Source: Macrostomum lignano | Lineage: Eukaryota | Direction of reading: 5' to 3' | NCBI GenBank assembly: GCA_002269645.1 | Contig: NIVC01004427.1 | Span: forward strand, 1 to 46,400 | DNA length: 46,400 nt | Shown: piece by piece, positions 11,646-24,466 of the stretch | How the letters are laid out: every line of letters begins with the position of its first letter | Position numbering within the stretch: position 1 is the first letter of the stretch | Program-made: the position numbers and the translations under genes | Notes under the pieces: generated by a model | What the model saw: the letters and a program-made list of their open reading frames with translations, nothing else | The model's database searches: none | What the model was told of the DNA's origin: nothing

Positions 11646-11735
11646 CCCCGGGGTTTTGACCATAGACTGTAGCCTCTGCTGCTCTCAAGACATTAGCAGC
11701 AGCAGCTGGTGTCTGTGGCCCTAACCCCTTGGGTT
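11646..11735. repeat. Dispersed single copy of the 78-bp unit of 3663-3919, in GPCR intron 2
   Basis: CCCCGGGGTTTTGACCATAGACTGTAGCCTCTGCTGCTCTCAAGACATTAGCAGCAGCAGCTGGTGTCTGTGGCCCTAACCCC aligns to the array unit in permuted phase. Confidence 0.85.
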
Positions 11736-12305
11736 TTCGGGGCCTCGGGGACGGCCGCTAAATACAATATCGAATGCTGGAGTTGACTCATCGTAGGTAA
11801 TAAAGAATCTGTGGGCGAGGCACACAGCAACTTGTGCACTTTTAAGCTGCTGATTTTTCAGTCACCCAAGCGTAGCAGTGCATTGACCGAAAGCTCATTT
11901 AGACATTCCTGTTTTTCACACAGTAGACGCAGTCCAGAAACTTTTGCAGCAGCCTTCGTACCAACCTTGGCTAAAAGTTTTGTCCGAATGCGCACTACTT
12001 GCCAGCCCAAGCTAGTCAGTTTTGTACCACTACCAACAGGACCTGGATATTTTTAAAGTGTTGACGCTGCAAAAAACCCCAGGCATACATCCGGTGTGCT
12101 TTTTAAGCTTAGCTTTGGCGAGAATGAAGACTGAATAGAGGAAAAAAACTGCAGTCAATCAAGGAAGTCGCATTCGTACGCCTTTGACAACTAGTAGTTA
12201 CTGTCAACAGTAGATTTTGCGGCAGCTTCATCTTGTTCTCTGTCACCGGCTCACTACTTTTAGTTCGTTCATTAGGCGTCCAATTTCTTGAAATGCGCAC
12301 TTTTC

Positions 12306-12922
12306 TGGCTCATTGAGGAGTTGCTGAGATGCCAATTGGCTCAATGAGGAGTTGCTGAGATGCCAATTGGCTCAATGGGGAGTTGCTGAGATGCCAATTG
12401 GCTCAATGGGGAGTTGCTGAGATGCCAATTGGCTCAATGGGGAGTTGCTGAGATGCCAATTGGCTCAATGGGGAGTTGCTGAGATGCCAATTGGCTCAAT
12501 GAGGAGTTGCTGAGATGCCAATTGGCTCAATGAGGAGTTGCTGAGATGCCAATTGGCTCAATGGGGAGTTGCTGAGATGCCAATTGGCTCAATGGGGAGT
12601 TGCTGAGATGCCAATTGGCTCAATGGGGAGTTGCTGAGATGCCAATTGGCTCAATGAGGAGTTGCTGAGATGCCAATTGGCTCAATGGGGAGTTGCTGAG
12701 ATGCCAATTGGCTCAATGGGGAGTTGCTGAGATGCCAATTGGCTCAATGGGGAGTTGCTGAGATGCCAATTGGCTCAATGAGGAGTTGCTGAGATGCCAA
12801 TTGGCTCAATGGGGAGTTGCTGAGATGCCAATTGGCTCAATGGGGAGTTGCTGAGGTGCCAATTGGCTCAATGTCGAGTTGCTGGGGTGCCAATTGGCTC
12901 AATGAGGAGTTGCTGGGGTGCC
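12306..12922. repeat. Minisatellite, 31-bp unit CCAATTGGCTCAATG(G/A)GGAGTTGCTGAGATG, ~20 copies (GPCR intron 2)
   Basis: Direct periodicity; the unit contains the palindrome CCAATTGG. Confidence 0.96.
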
Positions 12923-13470
12923 ATTATGATGGCCCACGAAAGGTTCAAACACGTTGGATTAAAAAATATTGACTCCACTAATTTGTTTGGCTTTGCTGGC
13001 TAGGAGTAACTTTGGAATGCGCAGGCTAAAGCAGTACCCTACTTGGATCGCTTCTAACTATAGATTTCTGGCCTCAATGCAGCTGAGAGCAACTAGAGAG
13101 GCTGGGAGAGAGAATTGCCGAACAGCTTTTTTGCCCATCTCGCTTGCTGATGGGAATTCGAAAAGCAACAGAAAACCTGTAAAGCCGAGGCCAGCGCAGA
13201 GTGGCAAAGAGATTGGTACGCGGAGGGTCGAGGTACTTCGTAGGATTTTCGGGAGGGGGGGGGCGGCAGTCTCCCACTGTATGAAGCAACTGTTTACCTG
13301 AACCTTGTAGACGCACAAAAAGGTTTTTTACGAAGCAGTGTAAAATGGGGACGAAAATAGGATAAAGTGAATCCAGCCAGTTTGTACAGTTGGTCCTCGT
13401 GTTTTAGGTTCAAATTTCCGCCACAGCAGAGACAGTTGAGTCAAAATCCATCCTCTAACCGAAATTCCAG

Positions 13471-14060
13471 TGGGCATCGTTCTCGCCTTCTTCATCTGCT
13501 ACGCTCCGTTTCACCTGTCCCGCATTCTGGCTGACGTGGTCTCCAAGGACGCCTACTGCCAGTCCTGCGTGGCCACGTGGGTCAACCAGAACCTGTTCCA
13601 CATCTCCGGCCTCCTGTTCTTCGGCTCGTCAATCGTGAACCCGATCCTCTACAACTTGATGTCGCTCAAGTTCCGCCGCGCATTCCGCAGCATCATGATG
13701 CGAGCGTGCCGACGGGGCCGCGGCAACCGGCACTGCGTCATCGTCTGCCATCGGGGCGGCGCCAGACGCTCCGCAGCCCGCCGAAGGGTAGAGATGGAGG
13801 CTGCAGCCGCTGGCGAGGGCCAAGCAATTCGACTGCAGCTCCGGGCGCCCGCGGAGGCCGGCGGCGCAGCCGTCAGTGGCAGCGGCGGAGGCGGCGGCAG
13901 CAGTTGCAGCGGCAAGGCCGCAGCCGCGGCCGGGGGAGCAGCAGCAGCAGCCGCAGCAGCCGCAGCGACTGGAGGCCACGGTTCAAGAAGTCTCTCGCGA
14001 AGCCGCAACTGCGAGGACCCGTTCGGAGCGCAGCGAATGTCGGCGGAAACCAAGCAGTGA
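13471..14060 (+). CDS. Neuropeptide GPCR exon 3 (TM6, TM7, helix 8, Ala/Gly-rich tail)
   Basis: Acceptor TTCCAG|TG completes a Val codon; FFICYAPFH and SSIVNPILYNLMSLKFRRAF; stop TGA at 14058-14060. Confidence 0.92.
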
Positions 14061-14387
14061 TCGTCTGCGTTGATTCGACTATTCCGCAAAGCTATGGCTT
14101 AACGCAAAAACTTCAACGCCACTGCCCTGCTGTCAAGCTCGTTAAATTGTGTCTACTATAAAATAGCATTGTTTAAACTCGAAGTTCGCGCGCTGTCGGC
14201 TCACAGAAAAATATAGAAAATACTATTCTGTAAGTCTTGTCTTGCCTCTCGCTTTTTCTCGCCGTGACTCGTGGCACTCTCCAAGCCACTCTAACCTGAC
14301 GGCTGCAACTCTTAGGGCCCTGTTATCGCAGTTAGGCATGAAGCTACTCAAGCTGCAACCTCCCGACCTTTGTAACCCGGCGAGCAT

Positions 14388-17300
14388 TTCACTAGATGCT
14401 GTTTAAGGAGGTGCATCGTGAGTCGTGAGTCGGCAGTTCACTAGGATGATGTTTGAGGAGCTGCATCGTGAGTCGTGAGTCGGCAGTTCACTAGGATGAT
14501 GTTTGAGGAGCTGCATCGTGAGTCGTGAGTCGGCAGTTCACTAGGATGATGTTTGAGGAGCTGCATCGTGAGTCGTGAGTCGGCAGTTCACTAGGATGAT
14601 GTTTGAGGAGCTGCATCGTGAGTCGTGAGTCGGCAGTTCACTAGGATGATGTTTGAGGAGCTGCATCGTGAGTCGTGAGTCGGCAGTTCACTAGGATGAT
14701 GTTTGAGGAGCTGCATCGTGAGTCGTGAGTCGGCAGTTCACTAGGATGATGTTTGAGGAGCTGCATCGTGAGTCGTGAGTCGGCAGTTCACTAGGATGAT
14801 GTTTGAGGAGCTGCATCGTGAGTCGTGAGTCGGCAGTTCACTAGGATGATGTTTGAGGAGCTGCATCGTGAGTCGTGAGTCGGCAGTTCACTAGGATGAT
14901 GTTTGAGGAGCTGCATCGTGAGTCGTGAGTCGGCAGTTCACTAGGATGATGTTTGAGGAGCTGCATCGTGAGTCGTGAGTCGGCAGTTCACTAGGATGAT
15001 GTTTGAGGAGCTGCATCGTGAGTCGTGAGTCGGCAGTTCACTAGGATGATGTTTGAGGAGCTGCATCGTGAGTCGTGAGTCGGCAGTTCACTAGGATGAT
15101 GTTTGAGGAGCTGCATCGTGAGTCGTGAGTCGGCAGTTCACTAGGATGATGTTTGAGGAGCTGCATCGTGAGTCGTGAGTCGGCAGTTCACTAGGATGAT
15201 GTTTAAGGAGGTGCATCGTGAGTCGTGAGTCGGCAGTTCACTAGGATGATGTTTGAGGAGCTGCATCGTGAGTCGTGAGTCGGCAGTTCACTAGGATGAT
15301 GTTTGAGGAGCTGCATCGTGAGTCGTGAGTCGGCAGTTCACTAGGATGATGTTTGAGGAGCTGCATCGTGAGTCGTGAGTCGGCAGTTCACTAGGATGAT
15401 GTTTGAGGAGCTGCATCGTGAGTCGTGAGTCGGCAGTTCACTAGGATGATGTTTGAGGAGCTGCATCGTGAGTCGTGAGTCGGCAGTTCACTAGGATGAT
15501 GTTTGAGGAGCTGCATCGTGAGTCGTGAGTCGGCAGTTCACTAGGATGATGTTTAAGGAGGTGCATCGTGAGTCGTGAGTCGGCAGTTCACTAGGATGAT
15601 GTTTGAGGAGCTGCATCGTGAGTCGTGAGTCGGCAGTTCACTAGGATGCTGTTTAAGGAGGTGCATCGTGAGTCGTGAGTCGGCAGTTCACTAGGATGAT
15701 GTTTGAGGAGCTGCATCGTGAGTCGTGAGTCGGCAGTTCACTAGGATGATGTTTGAGGAGCTGCATCGTGAGTCGTGAGTCGGCAGTTCACTAGGATGAT
15801 GTTTGAGGAGCTGCATCGTGAGTCGTGAGTCGGCAGTTCACTAGGATGATGTTTGAGGAGCTGCATCGTGAGTCGTGAGTCGGCAGTTCACTAGGATGCT
15901 GTTTAAGGAGGTGCATCGTGAGTCGTGAGTCGGCAGTTCACTAGGATGATGTTTGAGGAGCTGCATCGTGAGTCGTGAGTCGGCAGTTCACTAGGATGAT
16001 GTTTGAGGAGCTGCATCGTGAGTCGTGAGTCGGCAGTTCACTAGGATGATGTTTGAGGAGGTGCATCGTGAGTCGTGAGTCGGCAGTTCACTAGGATGAT
16101 GTTTGAGGAGCTGCATCGTGAGTCGTGAGTCGGCAGTTCACTAGGATGATGTTTGAGGAGGTGCATCGTGAGTCGTGAGTCGGCAGTTCACTAGGATGAT
16201 GTTTGAGGAGCTGCATCGTGAGTCGTGAGTCGGCAGTTCACTAGGATGATGTTTGAGGAGCTGCATCGTGAGTCGTGAGTCGGCAGTTCACTAGGATGAT
16301 GTTTGAGGAGCTGCATCGTGAGTCGTGAGTCGGCAGTTCACTAGGATGATGTTTGAGGAGCTGCATCGTGAGTCGTGAGTCGGCAGTTCACTAGGATGAT
16401 GTTTGAGGAGCTGCATCGTGAGTCGTGAGTCGGCAGTTCACTAGGATGATGTTTGAGGAGCTGCATCGTGAGTCGTGAGTCGGCAGTTCACTAGGATGAT
16501 GTTTGAGGAGCTGCATCGTGAGTCGTGAGTCGGCAGTTCACTAGGATGATGTTTGAGGAGCTGCATCGTGAGTCGTGAGTCGGCAGTTCACTAGGATGAT
16601 GTTTGAGGAGCTGCATCGTGAGTCGTGAGTCGGCAGTTCACTAGGATGATGTTTGAGGAGCTGCATCGTGAGTCGTGAGTCGGCAGTTCACTAGGATGAT
16701 GTTTGAGGAGGTGCATCGTGAGTCGTGAGTCGGCAGTTCACTAGGATGATGTTTGAGGAGCTGCATCGTGAGTCGTGAGTCGGCAGTTCACTAGGATGAT
16801 GTTTGAGGAGCTGCATCGTGAGTCGTGAGTCGGCAGTTCACTAGGATGATGTTTGAGGAGCTGCATCGTGAGTCGTGAGTCGGCAGTTCACTAGGATGAT
16901 GTTTGAGGAGCTGCATCGTGAGTCGTGAGTCGGCAGTTCACTAGGATGATGTTTGAGGAGCTGCATCGTGAGTCGTGAGTCGGCAGTTCACTAGGATGAT
17001 GTTTGAGGAGCTGCATCGTGAGTCGTGAGTCGGCAGTTCACTAGGATGATGTTTAGGAGGTGCATCGTGAGTCGTGAGTCGGCAGTTCACTAGGATGATG
17101 TTTGAGGAGCTGCATCGTGAGTCGTGAGTCGGCAGTTCACTAGGATGATGTTTGAGGAGCTGCATCGTGAGTCGTGAGTCGGCAGTTCACTAGGATGATG
17201 TTTGAGGAGCTGCATCGTGAGTCGTGAGTCGGCAGTTCACTAGGATGATGTTTGAGGAGCTGCATCGTGAGTCGTGAGTCGGCAGTTCACTAGGATGATG

Positions 17301-20300
17301 TTTGAGGAGCTGCATCGTGAGTCGTGAGTCGGCAGTTCACTAGGATGATGTTTGAGGAGCTGCATCGTGAGTCGTGAGTCGGCAGTTCACTAGGATGATG
17401 TTTGAGGAGCTGCATCGTGAGTCGTGAGTCGGCAGTTCACTAGGATGATGTTTGAGGAGCTGCATCGTGAGTCGTGAGTCGGCAGTTCACTAGGATGATG
17501 TTTGAGGAGCTGCATCGTGAGTCGTGAGTCGGCAGTTCACTAGGATGATGTTTGAGGAGCTGCATCGTGAGTCGTGAGTCGGCAGTTCACTAGGATGATG
17601 TTTGAGGAGCTGCATCGTGAGTCGTGAGTCGGCAGTTCACTAGGATGATGTTTGAGGAGGTGCATCGTGAGTCGTGAGTCGGCAGTTCACTAGGATGATG
17701 TTTGAGGAGGTGCATCGTGAGTCGTGAGTCGGCAGTTCACTAGGATGATGTTTGAGGAGCTGCATCGTGAGTCGTGAGTCGGCAGTTCACTAGGATGATG
17801 TTTGAGGAGGTGCATCGTGAGTCGTGAGTCGGCAGTTCACTAGGATGATGTTTGAGGAGCTGCATCGTGAGTCGTGAGTCGGCAGTTCACTAGGATGATG
17901 TTTGAGGAGCTGCATCGTGAGTCGTGAGTCGGCAGTTCACTAGGATGATGTTTGAGGAGCTGCATCGTGAGTCGTGAGTCGGCAGTTCACTAGGATGATG
18001 TTTGAGGAGCTGCATCGTGAGTCGTGAGTCGGCAGTTCACTAGGATGATGTTTGAGGAGCTGCATCGTGAGTCGTGAGTCGGCAGTTCACTAGGATGATG
18101 TTTGAGGAGGTGCATCGTGAGTCGTGAGTCGGCAGTTCACTAGGATGATGTTTGAGGAGGTGCATCGTGAGTCGTGAGTCGGCAGTTCACTAGGATGATG
18201 TTTGAGGAGGTGCATCGTGAGTCGTGAGTCGGCAGTTCACTAGGATGATGTTTGAGGAGCTGCATCGTGAGTCGTGAGTCGGCAGTTCACTAGGATGATG
18301 TTTGAGGAGCTGCATCGTGAGTCGTGAGTCGGCAGTTCACTAGGATGATGTTTGAGGAGCTGCATCGTGAGTCGTGAGTCGGCAGTTCACTAGGATGATG
18401 TTTGAGGAGCTGCATCGTGAGTCGTGAGTCGGCAGTTCACTAGGATGATGTTTGAGGAGCTGCATCGTGAGTCGTGAGTCGGCAGTTCACTAGGATGATG
18501 TTTGAGGAGCTGCATCGTGAGTCGTGAGTCGGCAGTTCACTAGGATGATGTTTGAGGAGCTGCATCGTGAGTCGTGAGTCGGCAGTTCACTAGGATGATG
18601 TTTGAGGAGCTGCATCGTGAGTCGTGAGTCGGCAGTTCACTAGGATGATGTTTGAGGAGCTGCATCGTGAGTCGTGAGTCGGCAGTTCACTAGGATGATG
18701 TTTGAGGAGCTGCATCGTGAGTCGTGAGTCGGCAGTTCACTAGGATGATGTTTGAGGAGCTGCATCGTGAGTCGTGAGTCGGCAGTTCACTAGGATGATG
18801 TTTGAGGAGCTGCATCGTGAGTCGTGAGTCGGCAGTTCACTAGGATGATGTTTGAGGAGCTGCATCGTGAGTCGTGAGTCGGCAGTTCACTAGGATGATG
18901 TTTGAGGAGCTGCATCGTGAGTCGTGAGTCGGCAGTTCACTAGGATGATGTTTGAGGAGGTGCATCGTGAGTCGTGAGTCGGCAGTTCACTAGGATGATG
19001 TTTGAGGAGCTGCATCGTGAGTCGTGAGTCGGCAGTTCACTAGGATGATGTTTGAGGAGCTGCATCGTGAGTCGTGAGTCGGCAGTTCACTAGGATGATG
19101 TTTGAGGAGCTGCATCGTGAGTCGTGAGTCGGCAGTTCACTAGGATGATGTTTGAGGAGCTGCATCGTGAGTCGTGAGTCGGCAGTTCACTAGGATGATG
19201 TTTGAGGAGCTGCATCGTGAGTCGTGAGTCGGCAGTTCACTAGGATGATGTTTGAGGAGCTGCATCGTGAGTCGTGAGTCGGCAGTTCACTAGGATGATG
19301 TTTGAGGAGCTGCATCGTGAGTCGTGAGTCGGCAGTTCACTAGGATGATGTTTGAGGAGCTGCATCGTGAGTCGTGAGTCGGCAGTTCACTAGGATGATG
19401 TTTGAGGAGCTGCATCGTGAGTCGTGAGTCGGCAGTTCACTAGGATGATGTTTGAGGAGCTGCATCGTGAGTCGTGAGTCGGCAGTTCACTAGGATGATG
19501 TTTGAGGAGCTGCATCGTGAGTCGTGAGTCGGCAGTTCACTAGGATGATGTTTGAGGAGCTGCATCGTGAGTCGTGAGTCGGCAGTTCACTAGGATGATG
19601 TTTGAGGAGCTGCATCGTGAGTCGTGAGTCGGCAGTTCACTAGGATGATGTTTGAGGAGCTGCATCGTGAGTCGTGAGTCGGCAGTTCACTAGGATGATG
19701 TTTGAGGAGCTGCATCGTGAGTCGTGAGTCGGCAGTTCACTAGGATGATGTTTGAGGAGCTGCATCGTGAGTCGTGAGTCGGCAGTTCACTAGGATGATG
19801 TTTGAGGAGCTGCATCGTGAGTCGTGAGTCGGCAGTTCACTAGGATGATGTTTGAGGAGCTGCATCGTGAGTCGTGAGTCGGCAGTTCACTAGGATGATG
19901 TTTGAGGAGCTGCATCGTGAGTCGTGAGTCGGCAGTTCACTAGGATGATGTTTGAGGAGCTGCATCGTGAGTCGTGAGTCGGCAGTTCACTAGGATGATG
20001 TTTGAGGAGGTGCATCGTGAGTCGTGAGTCGGCAGTTCACTAGGATGATGTTTGAGGAGGTGCATCGTGAGTCGTGAGTCGGCAGTTCACTAGGATGATG
20101 TTTGAGGAGCTGCATCGTGAGTCGTGAGTCGGCAGTTCACTAGGATGATGTTTGAGGAGCTGCATCGTGAGTCGTGAGTCGGCAGTTCACTAGGATGATG
20201 TTTGAGGAGCTGCATCGTGAGTCGTGAGTCGGCAGTTCACTAGGATGATGTTTGAGGAGGTGCATCGTGAGTCGTGAGTCGGCAGTTCACTAGGATGATG

Positions 20301-22339
20301 TTTGAGGAGGTGCATCGTGAGTCGTGAGTCGGCAGTTCACTAGGATGATGTTTGAGGAGCTGCATCGTGAGTCGTGAGTCGGCAGTTCACTAGGATGATG
20401 TTTGAGGAGCTGCATCGTGAGTCGTGAGTCGGCAGTTCACTAGGATGATGTTTGAGGAGCTGCATCGTGAGTCGTGAGTCGGCAGTTCACTAGGATGATG
20501 TTTGAGGAGCTGCATCGTGAGTCGTGAGTCGGCAGTTCACTAGGATGATGTTTGAGGAGCTGCATCGTGAGTCGTGAGTCGGCAGTTCACTAGGATGATG
20601 TTTGAGGAGCTGCATCGTGAGTCGTGAGTCGGCAGTTCACTAGGATGATGTTTGAGGAGCTGCATCGTGAGTCGTGAGTCGGCAGTTCACTAGGATGATG
20701 TTTGAGGAGCTGCATCGTGAGTCGTGAGTCGGCAGTTCACTAGGATGATGTTTGAGGAGCTGCATCGTGAGTCGTGAGTCGGCAGTTCACTAGGATGATG
20801 TTTGAGGAGCTGCATCGTGAGTCGTGAGTCGGCAGTTCACTAGGATGATGTTTGAGGAGCTGCATCGTGAGTCGTGAGTCGGCAGTTCACTAGGATGATG
20901 TTTGAGGAGCTGCATCGTGAGTCGTGAGTCGGCAGTTCACTAGGATGATGTTTGAGGAGCTGCATCGTGAGTCGTGAGTCGGCAGTTCACTAGGATGATG
21001 TTTGAGGAGCTGCATCGTGAGTCGTGAGTCGGCAGTTCACTAGGATGATGTTTGAGGAGCTGCATCGTGAGTCGTGAGTCGGCAGTTCACTAGGATGATG
21101 TTTGAGGAGCTGCATCGTGAGTCGTGAGTCGGCAGTTCACTAGGATGATGTTTGAGGAGCTGCATCGTGAGTCGTGAGTCGGCAGTTCACTAGGATGATG
21201 TTTGAGGAGCTGCATCGTGAGTCGTGAGTCGGCAGTTCACTAGGATGATGTTTGAGGAGCTGCATCGTGAGTCGTGAGTCGGCAGTTCACTAGGATGATG
21301 TTTGAGGAGCTGCATCGTGAGTCGTGAGTCGGCAGTTCACTAGGATGATGTTTGAGGAGCTGCATCGTGAGTCGTGAGTCGGCAGTTCACTAGGATGATG
21401 TTTGAGGAGCTGCATCGTGAGTCGTGAGTCGGCAGTTCACTAGGATGATGTTTGAGGAGCTGCATCGTGAGTCGTGAGTCGGCAGTTCACTAGGATGATG
21501 TTTGAGGAGCTGCATCGTGAGTCGTGAGTCGGCAGTTCACTAGGATGATGTTTGAGGAGCTGCATCGTGAGTCGTGAGTCGGCAGTTCACTAGGATGATG
21601 TTTGAGGAGCTGCATCGTGAGTCGTGAGTCGGCAGTTCACTAGGATGATGTTTGAGGAGCTGCATCGTGAGTCGTGAGTCGGCAGTTCACTAGGATGATG
21701 TTTGAGGAGCTGCATCGTGAGTCGTGAGTCGGCAGTTCACTAGGATGATGTTTGAGGAGCTGCATCGTGAGTCGTGAGTCGGCAGTTCACTAGGATGATG
21801 TTTGAGGAGCTGCATCGTGAGTCGTGAGTCGGCAGTTCACTAGGATGATGTTTGAGGAGCTGCATCGTGAGTCGTGAGTCGGCAGTTCACTAGGATGATG
21901 TTTGAGGAGCTGCATCGTGAGTCGTGAGTCGGCAGTTCACTAGGATGATGTTTGAGGAGCTGCATCGTGAGTCGTGAGTCGGCAGTTCACTAGGATGATG
22001 TTTGAGGAGCTGCATCGTGAGTCGTGAGTCGGCAGTTCACTAGGATGATGTTTGAGGAGCTGCATCGTGAGTCGTGAGTCGGCAGTTCACTAGGATGATG
22101 TTTGAGGAGCTGCATCGTGAGTCGTGAGTCGGCAGTTCACTAGGATGATGTTTGAGGAGCTGCATCGTGAGTCGTGAGTCGGCAGTTCACTAGGATGATG
22201 TTTGAGGAGCTGCATCGTGAGTCGTGAGTCGGCAGTTCACTAGGATGATGTTTGAGGAGCTGCATCGTGAGTCGTGAGTCGGCAGTTCACTAGGATGATG
22301 TTTGAGGAGCTGCATCGTGAGTCGTGAGTCGGCAGTTCA
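14388..22339. repeat. Satellite array, 50-bp unit GTTTGAGGAGCTGCATCGTGAGTCGTGAGTCGGCAGTTCACTAGGATGAT, ~159 copies
   Basis: Near-perfect head-to-tail repeats with no unique spacers; one 1-bp deletion near 17054 shifts the phase. Confidence 0.98.
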
Positions 22340-22389
22340 GTGATGTTCGCCGTGAGTCGTGAGTCGGCGAGTTGTTCGCCAGATGTTCG

Positions 22390-22735
22390 CAGCGCGAGAT
22401 CACGATTGCGGATGTGGCCCCCTTTCCCCAGCGCGAGATCATGATTGCGGATGTGGCCCCCTCTCCCCAGCGCGAGATCAATATTGCGGGTGTGGCCCCT
22501 CTCCCCTGCGCGAGATCAATATTGCGGATGTGGCCCCTCTCCCCAGCGCGAGATCACGATTGCGGATGTGACCCCTCTCCCCAGCGCGAGATCACGATTG
22601 CGGATGTGACCCCTCTCCCCAGCGGGAGATCACGATTGCGGATGTGGCCCCTCTCCCCAGCGCGAGATCACGATTGCGGATGTGACCCCTCTCCCCAGCG
22701 GGAGATCACGATTGCGGATGTGGCCCCTCTCCCCT
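22390..22735. repeat. Minisatellite, 39-40-bp unit CAGCGCGAGATCACGATTGCGGATGTGGCCCCTCTCCCC, ~9 copies
   Basis: Direct periodicity, abutting the end of the 50-bp satellite. Confidence 0.93.
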
Positions 22736-23837
22736 TGAGCGAACAGGTCACATGACCAACTGCCCGCTTGGCACCACAAGGAGGTGAGCAGCTCAAAACC
22801 AAGCTATTCTGTAAATATCCAGACCAAAGACTTCTTCGTCTTTGTTGAAAAATAACCCGAAACGAAAAGTGCTTCAAAGATGAATTTTTTCCTGGAGCAA
22901 GTGAGGCGGAGAAGCTGGATTTGGTAAGTCCCATCGGGCAAGAAGATCCGGCAAGTCGCAGCCAAATTAATGGGGCAAACTAATTAGATCTTTAATTTCT
23001 GCGAACCATAATTCATCGCAGCATGCAGACTTACAATGGAAGGAAGGCATAGCATTGGCCTTTGTCAGTTTTCTTCCCCCAGTCTGTAACTTTCTTCTTT
23101 CAGATTATGCAAATAGGCGCGGAGAAACCCGGGCCGGAGACGCGGGCCGGAAGAAGGGCCTTCATCCGCTGCGGAATAGAACGGAGTCGGGAGCGCAATG
23201 CGGTTTTGCCGTTTTCTTCGAATTCTGCCCCTCCTCTCGGGGGAGAGGAAATGAGCTTTAATTACAGACATTTCTAATTGATGCCTCATTCAACGGAGCT
23301 TCGATGACAGAAAAGCTCGACTGAATCTAAAATCTTTTTCGACCGATCATGAATATGGATATGCATTCTATCCTATTTTGAGCAGTAAAAATTGATTTGT
23401 AAAGAACATTTCTTCTCATGATTATTGAGGCTAAGGCTTAATATGCCGCTGTACAATGTGGTGCAGTGTGTTTACCGTGCCTGCTTGTGTCTGCGAGAAT
23501 TAATTATATAGAAGTGCCCCGCAACCGACTTCCGCAGAAGTGATTTAGACTCGACTGCGCCGCTAAAAGTCCTTACACTGTCTTCTTGCCCAGCCACTGT
23601 CTTTCGCAACCCTCCCCCCCGCGCTTCTCTCTCAGCGCTATCACGCGAATGCCAGTGCTGCCAGCCGCCCACCGGGAGCGCCGGAGGGTAACCCAGATAC
23701 AGCTCGCGTTAATGCGCTGTCAGTCACATTTCATCAGCTCTATCTCAGCATCTCCACGCGGCTCTCATGGCCTCCCCTTCTGTCTATCTAGCACTTCCTT
23801 ATCTCGACCTGCACAAGGCAAAGAGCGGGCAGCCGGG

Positions 23838-23840
<3 letters not shown>

Positions 23841-23923
<83 letters not shown>

Positions 23924-23926
23924 CTA

Positions 23927-23959
<33 letters not shown>

Positions 23960-24022
23960 CTAAGACAGACAGACAGAGAGACAGACAGACAGACAGACAG
24001 AAAGACAGACAGACAGACAGAC

Positions 24023-24053
<31 letters not shown>

Positions 24054-24066
24054 TAGACAGACAGAT

Positions 24067-24100
<34 letters not shown>

Positions 24101-24122
24101 ATAGACTGACAGACAGACAGAT

Positions 24123-24203
<81 letters not shown>

Positions 24204-24216
24204 TAGACAGACAGAT

Positions 24217-24255
<39 letters not shown>

Positions 24256-24284
24256 TAGACTGACAGACAGACAGATAGACACTA

Positions 24285-24347
<63 letters not shown>

Positions 24348-24385
24348 TAGACAGACAGACAGACAGACACTAATACAGACAGACC

Positions 24386-24447
<62 letters not shown>

Positions 24448-24466
24448 GGCAGACAGACAGACAGAC
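23841..24466. repeat. (GACA)n microsatellite with GATA and CACTAAG interruptions
   Basis: Tetranucleotide periodicity. Confidence 0.96.

Noticed and set aside
14388-22339. CRISPR array interpretation of the 50-bp (and 31-, 36-, 25-bp) repeats
   Set aside because: Units are head-to-tail with no unique spacers, there are no cas genes, and the context is a spliceosomal-intron eukaryotic genome.
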